64,000 bases of DNA from Octopus sinensis (lineage: Eukaryota): the NCBI RefSeq assembly GCF_006345805.1, contig NC_043008.1, positions 48,794,001 to 48,858,000 of the forward strand, read 5' to 3'. The notes under the pieces were generated by a model. That model saw only the letters and a program-made list of their open reading frames with translations, was not told the DNA's origin and searched no databases. Of this stretch, positions 1 to 12,249 are shown piece after piece. The translations under genes were made by a program, and so were the position numbers. Position 1 is the first letter of the stretch. Every line of letters begins with the position of its first letter.

Positions 1-3000
1 GTTGGACAGTTTGACCAAGGGCTGGCAAGCCAGAAGGCTGCACCAGGCTCCAATCTGATTTGGCAAGGTTTCTACAGCTGGATGCCCTTCCTAATGCCAA
101 CCACTCCAAGTGTATAATGGGTGCTTTTTATGTGCCACTGGTGGAAACTCCAATTATGGCCAATCAAGAAACCCCACAGATCCAGGATTATTCTAACCAC
201 TAAAGGTATGAGGCCTTTCTTCTGCTTTCCAATCCACAGGTTCACTCTAACCATTTTTGCAACAGTCACCCATCTTCTCACAAATAACACTTTCCTTTCC
301 AAGTGGAACTTATCCTTTCAGTCTCGTCCACCATAAAACTTTATTTGCTATAGCCACTCGTCAGAGGAAGACTGCCTGCCCTGCTTTGTTAATGGTGGGT
401 GGTGGGGAGATACTCACGACAGATTTGCCCCACACATGACAAAAGCTGTTTGACCTAACTCCACAAATCAACAATGCTCGAACGCTGTGCAAGTGCATGC
501 AAAATGGTTTCATCATTCTGCGTGCACCTCAGACAGTCCTGCCAAACAACACTTTTGTGCCTATAGAATTTATCTCAAATTGACAGTGTCCTCGGTAGCA
601 CTGCCAGGCCAGAGATTTCTGGAAGTTAACTATGATTTCAAATTTTGGCACCAGGTGAGCATTTTTGAGGGGAGGGGCTAGGCTTATTACATCAACCCTG
701 AAAGGATGAAAGGCAAAGTTGCCCTTGGTAGGTTTTGAACTCAAAGTGTAAAGAGCTGCAACAAATACCACAAGTATTTTGCCCTACACTAATGATTCTA
801 CCAATCCACCGCCTTCAGGATAATGATAATAAATAACGGGCAGTGGGTGAGGTGGCAAAACTGGTAGAGTGTTAGACAAAAATATCCTACATAGCTTTTT
901 TTGTTTTTGCTTTGAGTTCAAATCCCATCAAAGTTGATATTGTCTTTTATCCTTCTGGGGTTGATAAAACAATGTGGCAGAATTGAGGATCAATACCAAC
1001 AGTTTAAGAAAGTTTGCGGAGTGTCAATAAAGTTTAGTTGCTTATAAGAAGTTGAGAGGTTAACGTTTTCAACTTTTGTCCTTCAAGTCAAAAAAGGGAT
1101 GAAGAAGTTGTGTGTATGTGCCATTAACCTTCGACTCTCCATTTATTACTCTTCTATTCAAGGGCAAGAGTCCTGGACAATAGCCTCTCAATTTCTATTA
1201 ACAAATTGATATGACATTATTCCATAAACTCTCCATTAGATTTATCATCAATCACATAGGCCGTCACCATTTTCATTCTGGGCATTACGTTAAGATTAAA
1301 TTTTCTCCCAAAATTCCAAGACTTGTGTTTGTGTCAGAAATCATTCTTCAACCTTTTCTCTCTTCCAACCAGAGTTCATAAAACACAGTACCATTTATAT
1401 ACTGGAGTTGGTTCAAGTGATTATCTCACCCCATTTCCTGACTTTGTAATAGAAATGATTATTATTAATTAATAATTTGTATAAAAATTATCATTATTAA
1501 TCAAGGTGGCAAGCTTGCAGACTCGTTAGCATGTCAGGCAAAGTACTTCACAGCATTTTGTCAGTCCTTGTATTTGAGGTCAAGTTCCACTGAGGTTGTT
1601 TTTGCCTTTCATCCTTTTAGGATCAATAAAAAAGTACCAGTTGATTATGGGGGTCGAAGTAATTACCCCCTTCCCCGAAACCGCTGGCTTCGTACCAAAA
1701 CTTGAAACCATTATTATTGTTATCATACAGGATCACATCAGAGGCAAACCTTCTCTTATCAATGAATTTAATCATACAATATTCAGAATGAGAAGAAAAA
1801 AGTTCAAAGGGAAAATCTTAAGATATATTACAAGCCATATTCAAAGGTAGGACTTGCAAGAGAAAAGAAAGAAAACATTAGGTATGCACACACACACACA
1901 CAGAGGGTGGTGGTGTATGGGAGCAATTGGTTGGCTTTCACCAACATCACAAACTGCAAAACTAATTATTGAACAGTAGCAGACTTAGGATCATCCAGTT
2001 TTTTTCCCCCTCAGGTCTGGTGTATCTAGGACTACATTGACCATTATATCCTTCTTTGTAATAAAGACTGTAAGATGCGATCTGAGGGTGGATTCAGCTG
2101 CTCTTTCTGGAAAACTAATGAATCACAGAAGAGTAAAGGAGGGAAACCTCACCCCACTAAAAACAAAAAAAAAAACGAAGACCAGTTAGTGAAGTAGTAG
2201 TGAAAATATATAAATATATTAATAACTCTGGAATCTGACACCGAAATACTATACTGGAGGGAGGAGGGAGCAGGAAGAGGAGGAGGAAGGAGTGAAGACT
2301 TTAAATAAATAAATAAATAAAAATACGGTGCTGCCAACGTCGAAAGATGGAAATGGTAAGATCATCATTATTAGAGGGATGATGATGGTCCATTCCAAGT
2401 GGCAAAAATATCCGAGTAATCGAGCGATACTAAGAAGGTAGGAAAACAATGTTTGTTTACATGAATATTTTCCTAAGATGGATGTTGATGCAATCAGCCT
2501 TGATCCGACACCGGGGTAACGGAAACCCTTCGCCGTCTCTCCTGGTCTCCTTCCTGTTTCCATCAACCAAACAAGAAGACCTACACAGATAGTTGCAAGA
2601 CCACACGGAACCTCTGTACGGTCGCCTGACCCGTTAGAAATAGCAACTAAATCCTACCCCCATCACACCTTTCTGTTTTAAATGAGAAAAGGGTTATATA
2701 GTGTTCCTGATAAGGATAGGATGGTCATGGCCGGAACGCCTTTCACCATAGGTCAGTTCGATCACGGCTGACATAAACAAGGAAGGGCCCATCACAATGT
2801 ATTCCGAGACAAGCGTGGTCTCGGCTGGATTGCCCTTGATCATGTTTACTCAATCAGGCCTGACCTAGGGCTAATCAGCAGTGGCAACAACAACGCAGCT
2901 ATTTCAGAAATCAAAATGATTGCACTTACATAAACACGTCCACACACACAGACACAGACACAGACACACACACACGGCTACAGTTTCTCTCTATTTATCT

Positions 3001-3229
3001 ATGTTTTTCTCCTGCTGACCTAAAATATCAGCCAAACACAGACAGCAGTAGATTTTCTTGGAACGTCACAAGAAGAAAAAAAAAAAAAGAAAAAACCAAA
3101 TAAATAAACAATAAAAAAGTGATGAAACAGAAGGCATTAAACATCGACAGAGCATTTGACTAATCAATCATAACGAAGTAACGTCTATACACACATCATA
3201 CACATACATTATATATATATATATATATA

Positions 3230-3484
3230 GGGAGAGAGAGAGAGAGAGAGAGGCGACTGAGTACAGATCACACGGACACAAAATATGTAGACAGAAGCAG
3301 AAGGATTACCAAATACACAAACAGAATTCTAGACACATAATAATAATGATAATAATATAGGACATCATATACACAAACGTGTAGACACACAGTTTCGAAA
3401 ATAATAAATCACTGAGGTTAATTATTCGATAGTTATACACACAGACACACACACACAGGTGTGTGTATTTTTATACACACAGAC

Positions 3485-3519
<35 letters not shown>

Positions 3520-3987
3520 ATATATTATATATCCATGAATACAAATGGAGAGTGTAGGTGGGAGTGTGCACACCCACACTGTGTAGAAAAAGCAGAAATA
3601 GGCGCGCACAGACACACGGAGACTGGTTCTCATGATAATGAAATATGGAACACAGAGAGAGAAGTAGGAGGGAGGGAGGGAGAGAGAGATGTGCTGTCGT
3701 AAAGACTGAAACGGGGGGAGGAGGAGGGGGAGAGACACACATAAATGAATGGAGCTCAGTCAGCAAAAGCTAACGTCTACACACATTATATATATATATA
3801 TATATATGTATATATGTGTGTATATATAACTTGGAGTCATTAGATATAAAGGCATGGAGAGGGACGTGTACACATCTATATTCATCTACACGAAACTCTA
3901 GATCTTTGAGTTACTCCTTTAACAATTTCGTCTAATATAAAATTATGTATCTCTCTCTCCCTCTCTCCTCCTTGTATATATAACTTA

Positions 3988-4024
<37 letters not shown>

Positions 4025-4199
4025 ATATATATCCCATTTGTATGAGGCGGCGACGCACACGCCCTCTCCCATCGTCTTTTCATCTAAAGAGTGTATTCAG
4101 AAGTATTTAATCACGAGGGGAGTTCACCATTAGTTGATTTAACAGTCTATATAATACATAACACACCGATATGTTAAAACATTTGCTAAGCTCTTTTAT

Positions 4200-4234
<35 letters not shown>

Positions 4235-4787
4235 CATATAAGCTTTACCAAGCACAGTGCATGTGTGTGCGCGCGCGTTGTGTGTGTGTGTCTGTTCGTC
4301 CTCACAGTTTACCGCCCGAAACTCTTCTTCCAGCTCAATCGTTAAACACTGAATGATACGAAAGTGGATCGTTTGTTTTGTTTAAAATCCGTAAAACAAG
4401 ATAAGGAGAACGGAGTCCTGACATTTCGGGCAGACGAAATTTTCTACATATTTTATTGAATTTCAGGCAAACAACTTTATATAAACTGGGTTACGGTGAA
4501 TAGTGGGTCGTCTGTGAGATCGGGGAGAGGAGAAGAGAGAGAGAGAGAGAGAGAGGCGACTGAGTACAGATCACACGGACACAAAATATGTAGACAGAAG
4601 CAGAAGGATTACCAAATACACAAACAGAATTCTAGACACATAATAATAATGATAATAATATAGGACATCATATACACAAACGTGTAGACACACAGTTTCG
4701 AAAATAATAAATCACTGAGGTTAATTATTCGATAGTTATACACACAGACACACACACACAGGTGTGTGTATTTTTATACACACAGAC

Positions 4788-4824
<37 letters not shown>

Positions 4825-5289
4825 ATATATTATATATCCATGAATACAAATGGAGAGTGTAGGTGGGAGTGTGCACACCCACACTGTGTAGAAAAAGCAG
4901 AAATAGGCGCGCACAGACACACGGAGACTGGTTCTCATGATAATGAAATATGGAACACAGAGAGAGAAGTAGGAGGGAGGGAGGGAGAGAGAGATGTGCT
5001 GTCGTAAAGACTGAAACGGGGGGAGGAGGAGGGGGAGAGACACACATAAATGAATGGAGCTCAGTCAGCAAAAGCTAACGTCTACACACATTATATATAT
5101 ATATATATATATGTATATATGTGTGTATATATAACTTGGAGTCATTAGATATAAAGGCATGGAGAGGACGTGTACACATCTATATTCATCTACACGAAAC
5201 TCTAGATCTTTGAGTTACTCCTTTAACAATTTCGTCTAATATAAAATTATGTATCTCTCTCTCCCTCTCTCCTCCTTGTATATATAACT

Positions 5290-5336
<47 letters not shown>

Positions 5337-5511
5337 ATATATATCCCATTTGTATGAGGCGGCGACGCACACGCCCTCTCCCATCGTCTTTTCATCTAAA
5401 GAGTGTATTCAGAAGTATTTAATCACGAGGGGAGTTCACCATTAGTTGATTTAACAGTCTATATAATACATAACACACCGATATGTTAAAACATTTGCTA
5501 AGCTCTTTTAT

Positions 5512-5550
<39 letters not shown>

Positions 5551-5862
5551 CATATAAGCTTTACCAAGCACAGTGCATGTGTGTGCGCGCGCGTTGTGTG
5601 TGTGTGTCTGTTCGTCCTCACAGTTTACCGCCCGAAACTCTTCTTCCAGCTCAATCGTTAAACACTGAATGATACGAAAGTGGATCGTTTGTTTTGTTTA
5701 AAATCCGTAAAACAAGATAAGGAGAACGGAGTCCTGACATTTCGGGCAGACGAAATTTTCTACATATTTTATTGAATTTCAGGCAAACAACTTTATATAA
5801 ACTGGGTTACGGTGAATAGTGGGTCGTCTGTGAGATCGGGGAGAGGAGAAGAGAGAGAGAGA
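3230..5862. repeat. Direct tandem duplication of about 1.3 kb (two copies)
   Basis: aggcgactgagtacagatc starts at 3251 and again at 4554 (offset 1303). The copies differ almost only in microsatellite lengths, and the junctions lie in (GA)n tracts. Confidence 0.95.
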
Positions 5863-6261
5863 GGGGGGAGGGAAGTAACGTTTCGGGTTATGCTCCTCAC
5901 ATAGGACAAACCCCACTTTCTGAGGTGATCCCACACGGGTATCCTCTACCTATTAAACCCTTCCATTCCACGCTGATCCAGTCCAAACGGGTGCCGTCGT
6001 ACCCAGAGCTCCACTTCTCTCCACCCCTCATTCTAATCTAAAAACTTTCCCCTTATATCCTCTCCCCTGTTTATATCTTCACATTAATACCCAAGAGATC
6101 CACTTCTCTCTACCCACGGGGATGCAGACCACAAGGGTACCCTCATGACAATTATCCACGAAGGTTTTCAGTCGAGATTCGTGACTATTACAAATATTAA
6201 TACATTCACTCCCTACCATAGGAATGTGTATGTGTGTGTGTGTGTGTGTGAGAGAAAGAGG

Positions 6262-6294
<33 letters not shown>

Positions 6295-7229
6295 GGTGTG
6301 TGTGTGTGTGTGAGTGTATTTGGCGATTAACTCGGCATCAGTATCCAGTTTCTGCTCGTTTTATCGATCTCTAGATGAAAAAGTAGCCAACACTCCCTCA
6401 AACGATTCCTTACAAACTTTAAAAAAAAAAAAAAAAGACACATTTGATAATGTTGTCCTAGATATATACTGTCTGATCTAATTAAGACGGAGTGGTCACG
6501 TTGAAAACATCTGTGATAATAGGATGTGCAGGACGAGGACTGACCTGTGGCTAAACAACAGATGAAAGTCGATCACGGAAATGCAAGTCTGAATCATTCT
6601 CCATCACTTTTTGACTCACCAAGCTTCAAGCATCGAATTCGGCGCTCTCTTGTCTGAGCCAATAATTATGATTCCAGTTACATAAGCCAGCGATTTATAT
6701 AACAATAATAACAATAATAATAATAGTAATCGTGGCAACAGTTTCGTAATTACTCAATTAAGCATGAAATTTAATTAATTGTTGGTTCTTAATAAAGTTA
6801 TTTATGTTGCACTGAGATGTTAAACCCGTCTCAATCCATCCCCCCCTCCTCTCTTCCAACAAAACGAGGAAATAAACACATGGAACGAGTATAGAGAAAT
6901 ATTTTTAAAAAGACATTTCTCAATTATCATCATCATCATCATCACCGTTAACATCAGCATCATATGAAAGATAGAAATTTAAATGGATCGCAAATGATGA
7001 CGTTCGTCATCATCAATCAATGAAGAGAACAACAACAACAACAACTAGAAAATAAATAAATAAATAAATGTAGTCATTCGTTGAACAATTTAAAATAGAT
7101 TTGTTTGGAGATGACGGTTGTCAAAAGCCTATACAAGAAAGAGAGAGAGATAAACAGACATATATTGTTAGATATACACAGACAAATAGAATCAGAGGTA
7201 AACAGACACAATGATAGAGTGATCGATAC

Positions 7230-7307
<78 letters not shown>

Positions 7308-7420
7308 ATCTGGGGAATATAGAAGCAAAATGGATAGGCGACTGGAGAGAGAGAAATAGGGAAAATTTAAAACCAAACAAAAACAAGAGAATGTATAAGA
7401 ATGTTTGTTTTTGTTTTTAC

Positions 7421-8197
7421 CAATTCCTTGTGTTCCTTAACAGGCTGAGAGGTGCCGACGGGGGTCTTTGAAGACTGGTGAGGTTGCTTTATTGTGATTC
7501 TTAAGGGAGGTCGTTGATCTGGAGTAGTAATATCCAAAGAAGCGGTAACACTGCCGCCGTCGCCACAGGTACTGGACACCTTACTAGCAGGTGCTTTACT
7601 ACTACAACTACTAGTGGTAGTGGTGGTAGTATTACTAGTGGTAGTAGTAGTAGTAGCAGCAGCAGTAGTTGTGGTGGTGGTAGTGGTGGTATTAGTGTTG
7701 TTGTTGTTATTGTTATTGTTGTTTGTATTTGTTGGTTGCCAAACGTGGGATCGTTTCGTCTGGACGCTTTTCCTTTTGGCAAAGATCTTTAACTTCAGTT
7801 GGCCCCGATCGAAGTTCGTCTCTTGAATCCGAAACTCCTTCGTTTCGTGCTGACAGTCTCCGTAATCGTCGTCGTCGTCGTCATCATCATCATCATCGTC
7901 GTCGTTTGTGTTCTTGTCTTTGTTATTGTTGTTGTTGCTGTTGCGGCGGTGGTGGCTGGTTTTGATGTTGCTGTTGCTGTTGTTGTTGTTGTCGTCGTAG
8001 TTAGATTCGGCACCGCCACTAGAGGTACAGTTCTCCGATGTGGAAGAAGAACAAGACGATGAGGAAGATGAAGAAGGTGATGATGATGATGGCGAAGATG
8101 AGGAATCAGTCTCGTCACTACTATTTTCGGCTTCAGGATTATATCCGTGGGTCAGTTTCTTGTCGTACGCTGAATTCGATCTGTCCAACTCACTCAT
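7421..8197 (-). CDS. ASH1L: ASH1L-like histone H3K36 methyltransferase, first large coding exon (exon 8228-7421, probable ATG at 8197; gene continues leftwards)
   Basis: The ORF contains KEFRIQETNFDRGQLKLKIFAKRK and RPPLRITIKQP, which resemble the human ASH1L N-terminus as I recall it ([25 protein letters not shown]...RPAIKTTIKHP). Acceptor ctaacttccag|G at 8229/8228 and donor GAATTG|gtaaaa at 7421/7420. No SET, bromo, PHD or BAH exons were seen in the window. Confidence 0.75.
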
Positions 8198-9299
8198 TGC
8201 TTGGTACACGCACCAACTCCAGTTGTTCCTGGAAGTTAGTTCGTGCGACCGAACTTGCTTGGTTCTTCTTCTCACAACAATGTGAGACAGAACCAAGGAA
8301 CAATAATGACAATATTAATAATAGATAAATAGTTATATGATATAATAATATAATAACGATATATATATATAAGTGGAAACTGCAAAGAAGCCTGGAAGAT
8401 CTTCTTGTTTCTTTTTGTGATTCCCTTTTGATGGCTCGATCTACAAATTTACAGAATAAACGTCTCCGTTGGTTTATTTCGTTGAGCGCAACTCATTGCA
8501 CTTTTGTCAAAAGTATGACATATATAATTAATTAACATCCACAACAGATATGGAAAATATTCAATTATCGATCGGAGATAATAATAAAAATGATGATTAT
8601 CACTGCAAAAGCTTTCGTTTTGTCGTTTTTTTGTTTTTGTTTCTACAATACGATTATTACATATTAATTAGGGCGAATTAATGAGACGGTTATAATCCAA
8701 GTTTATCAAACAAATCCATGTGCATCGTTCGTTGTTTACAATAGTGATCATAAATGTGTGGTTAGTGTGAATAGATATCGAAGAAGAAGAAGAAGATGGG
8801 AGAAGAAGATAGGAGCAGCTCGAAGGAGGACTTGTTACAGCATAGCAGCAGTGAAAAGGGATCGAACCCGGGGAAAATACCAGTTGATTTCGAGGTCTCT
8901 TCGATGGTGAAGAGTGTTTACAAAAAGCAGAACAAGTGTTGTGATTTGTGTCGATAATAAAAGAGAAATCGCAGCAGATTTTGGTTGGAATAGATTTTGG
9001 TTTTGGGAGAAAAATGAGTTTTTGGCTGAAGAGGAAAAACAGCGACGAGAATAATTGAGCGATTTGTGATGGAAATTGGCAGTCAACAACAAGCTTCCTT
9101 AATAATAAAACTGTACGTGCGTGTGTGTGTGTGTGTGTCGATGTATATATATGTACACATATGTATATAGGTGTGTGTGTGTGTATCTGTGTGTGTGTGT
9201 GTGTGGTGTTGGCAGAGAATAATTGCAGACGGTTCCGATGAGAGAAAACGATTGATAAATAAATGCAATATCGTTAGAGATACAAGGTGGAAATGGTGT

Positions 9300-10040
9300 T
9301 GGGTAAAGTACCGTTTGAGATAGTTTGAAAGAGAGAGAAATAGGCAAAAATTTGCTTGGTTCTTTTCTTTTTTTTTTCTCTTCTAAGAAGCGTGGTCACG
9401 TAGGTGACCGCCAAAACTACTCTTTTCAGAAGACATGAAGCGACTATGATATAAACAATACATGTCATCCAGTTCAAACATCATCTGCTCGATAGCCTAC
9501 CTTATCTTCTTTCAGTTTGATAGGTGGAAATAGTGAAAATATCGGGCAAATGGTTCACCCAAACAATCCGTACAAACCATTCTAGGATACATTCACAATA
9601 TGGCGGTTGGCAGCGGAGCTCGACAGTTACGTAAATCTAGTTTCCGAACCGAAAATCAATTCCTTCCAACCACTTCCAACGCCTCTTTTCCTCACGATCC
9701 TTACATTAATCACAAAGAATATGATGTTTCCTTTCCAGTCGAATCTATTCGCCGTGGATCGAACGAATCAGTTTAATACTTGAAAAGATTGTCGGATTAG
9801 GAAATTCTACTCCTTTCGGATTTACTCGTGTTGTTGTGGTAAAGATATAAATGAATAACATCTCGCGAGATTCATTTTTCAGGTCATCAAATAATACTCT
9901 GTCTCTATTTTTTCTCTTTTCGTAATCGATTCAATTTTAGAAATAACATCGACAAAATCGAAAACAGAGATAATTTTCCCAAAAAATAGCTTCCAGCCTC
10001 TTTTCCCAGAATCCTGTCGGCCTCCTTCAAAGATGGCTTT
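9300..10040. promoter_or_regulatory. Putative bidirectional promoter between ASH1L and DAP3
   Basis: CpG-retaining unique sequence between divergent genes. It contains TCTCGCGAGA (9861-9870), TTCCCAGAATCC (10003-10014, ZNF143/Staf-like core), CAATATGGCGG (9596-9606, YY1-like) and the inverted repeat GGTCAC-GTAG-GTGACC (9394-9409). Confidence 0.55.
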
Positions 10041-10167
10041 CTCCGTGTAATTTGATCAGAGACGGCGAAAGAGCAAAATATTGCAACTCGTCGGTTGTCT
10101 ACCTTATATCGTCTACCTTGGATGATCGTCGGACGGGGTTTATCAATTTTATAAGAGCAGCACTCAG
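10000..10167 (+). other. DAP3: Candidate non-coding first exon of DAP3 (5' boundary uncertain)
   Basis: Strong donor CAG|GTAAGC at 10167/10168 directly downstream of the promoter motifs. The first coding exon at 21443 begins with an acceptor, so an upstream exon is required. Confidence 0.4.
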
Positions 10168-11442
10168 GTAAGCGAAACACTGGCAATTATGTGCCATTTC
10201 TATTACCACAATTGCTGTATTTACTTCACTTCCACACACATACACATACATTGATGTGTGTGTGTATGCATATATATATATATGTGTGTATATATACATA
10301 TATATACACACACAGACATGTGCTCGAATTATATATGTTTATAATTAATTTTATATATATATATATGTATATAAAATTAATTATATATACACACACAGAC
10401 ATGTGCTCGAATTGTATGTGTTCAATTATTTATATATGTATATATAAAATTAATTATATATATATATATTTAGCAAGCTTTATTATATTGTTTGCAAGTA
10501 TTCGGATTCTTCCGAGTTCAATTAATTTTCCTCATTAGAACGAGTCGTGTTGGTATTTATTATTAAACATTTACCTTTATTACTTTCCTTCCATAATTTA
10601 TTCACAAATAAAGTTTCGAGTTTCTAAGACACGTTTTTTTAATTATTTATTTTTATTATTTGGGAAGGAGGGTTAAGGTGATTCCTTAATTTAATCCCGA
10701 TCCCTTGTATGAAAAACTTTTATATAAAAGAAAGCATTAGATCCGATCCTTGTGTGTTTCGTTCATCAAGTGTCTACGTTTTTCTTCCTTTCTAATTACC
10801 GTGTTAACCTTTTTAATTAAGTTGACATTGAAAACAAAAACGTGTCCTAATGGAGCCGGGAAATAAGTTCAAAACTATATCTCTCAGTTGACATTGAAGT
10901 CCTTTTTTATGTCCTTACTTTTTGGTGGATCAAATTAAAAACGATTCTGTTTATAATGTCCAGGTTGATTCGTATCACCTTTAATTATCTGCATCACCTC
11001 CTCGGACCTACCCTGGATATATCCTCAAAATTCCCTTTTATCTCTAGTTCAGTGTGTTCAATTATTATCACCTGTCTCACTTGCACACCAAACTTTTAAA
11101 GGTTAATCTCTATATTAGTGGGTAGATCTGGTGATACTCGAACTCGCTTCGCATGTGTCGTAATGTCCTTGAGAGGCGGAAGAAATAAATAAATAAGGAA
11201 ATGCCGAAGTTCGATCCCTTCAATGGGCAGTAATTATTAACAATGTTTCAAAATAGTCCAACCAAGGGAACTATATATATACATACATATATTATCAATA
11301 ATAACAAATTACTTATATATAACAATATCCAAACTTTTAAACGTGGTTAACACAGATATGTCCTGGACCAGAGAATTAAAAATAACTTTTAGATTACGAT
11401 GTTTAGGGATTTGTTATTCCTTAGTAACCAGGAATTCGTGTG

Positions 11443-11651
11443 GGTACTACTAGCGAACAGTGGTCCCGGTGCGCGTACTCGCGCATCCGCGCTAGCTAGT
11501 CGTTCCTTACTTTGCGTTTTTGTGTTTTATTTACTTTGTTTAACAAAAATGATTTATTTTGTGTTTTATTTACTTTGCTAGGTAGTCGTTGTAGGATCGA
11601 CTAGTCACGACTAGCTAGCGCGCACCGGGACCACTGTTTGCTCGTAGTACC
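11443..11651. mobile_element. MITE-like element with CpG-rich terminal inverted repeats
   Basis: GGTACTACTAGCGAACAGTGGTCCCGGTGCGCG at the left end versus CGCGCACCGGGACCACTGTTTGCTCGTAGTACC at the right, plus inner GCGCTAGCTAGTCG/CGACTAGCTAGCGC. The core is AT-rich with an internal direct repeat, TGTGTTTTATTTACTTTG. Confidence 0.65.
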
Positions 11652-12249
11652 ATTCGGGTGTCGAACACGTGTTGTTTATTTTGATTACTACATGACGGAA
11701 TCAAAAGCCATGGAGAGAACAGCATTATAAAATACATGTAACAAAATTTTAACGCGGATAGTCATTTCACAGAGATACTGTCTGGAACGAAATGGCATGG
11801 CTGTACGTGATCGTCTGACCCGTTAGAAATAGCAGCCAAATTTCCCTCAAATCCCATACCATCATTTTAAGAAAGAGAAGTATATATTGGATAATGTAGG
11901 GGGGAGGTGAGATGATCATGGCTGGAATGTGTTTGATCATCGGCCTGTGATTGAACAACAACGGAATGACAACAGGCTCTTGGAATCAGCGAGTGATGAG
12001 CACCCTAACCTCATCTTGCTCTTTCTCGTTTCCTTTTTGGGGACTGTGTAAGGGAAGGAAGAGAGAAGGGTGGGACCGGGACACTGACTTTCATGGTCGT
12101 AAGTTCAATCTTACATTCTGTTTCCGTTGCCCCTGTCTGCCTGACTGACAACAATCTCCTTCGAAGGAGGAGTTTTCGAGAGTCTGGATCTTTTCTATTT
12201 TCTCTCAAAAGACAACTAATGGCAATAGTCAAGTGGACCTGGTGCCATA

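Noticed and set aside
5872-5930. GGGTT/AACCC stem followed by GAAACGTT on the minus strand
   Set aside because: No CUGANGA precedes the stem.
6980-7045. Next ASH1L exon after a ttttctag acceptor on the minus strand
   Set aside because: The phase-0 reading hits TAA within about 22 codons with no donor before it.
7501-8328. Alternative-frame and antisense ORFs overlapping the ASH1L exon
   Set aside because: They are by-products of trinucleotide repeats. Only the 7367-8296 frame carries recognisable motifs.
9905-10186. 93-aa minus-strand ORF (MPVFRLPECC...)
   Set aside because: No recognisable homology. It overlaps the promoter motifs and the likely DAP3 5' UTR exon on the other strand.
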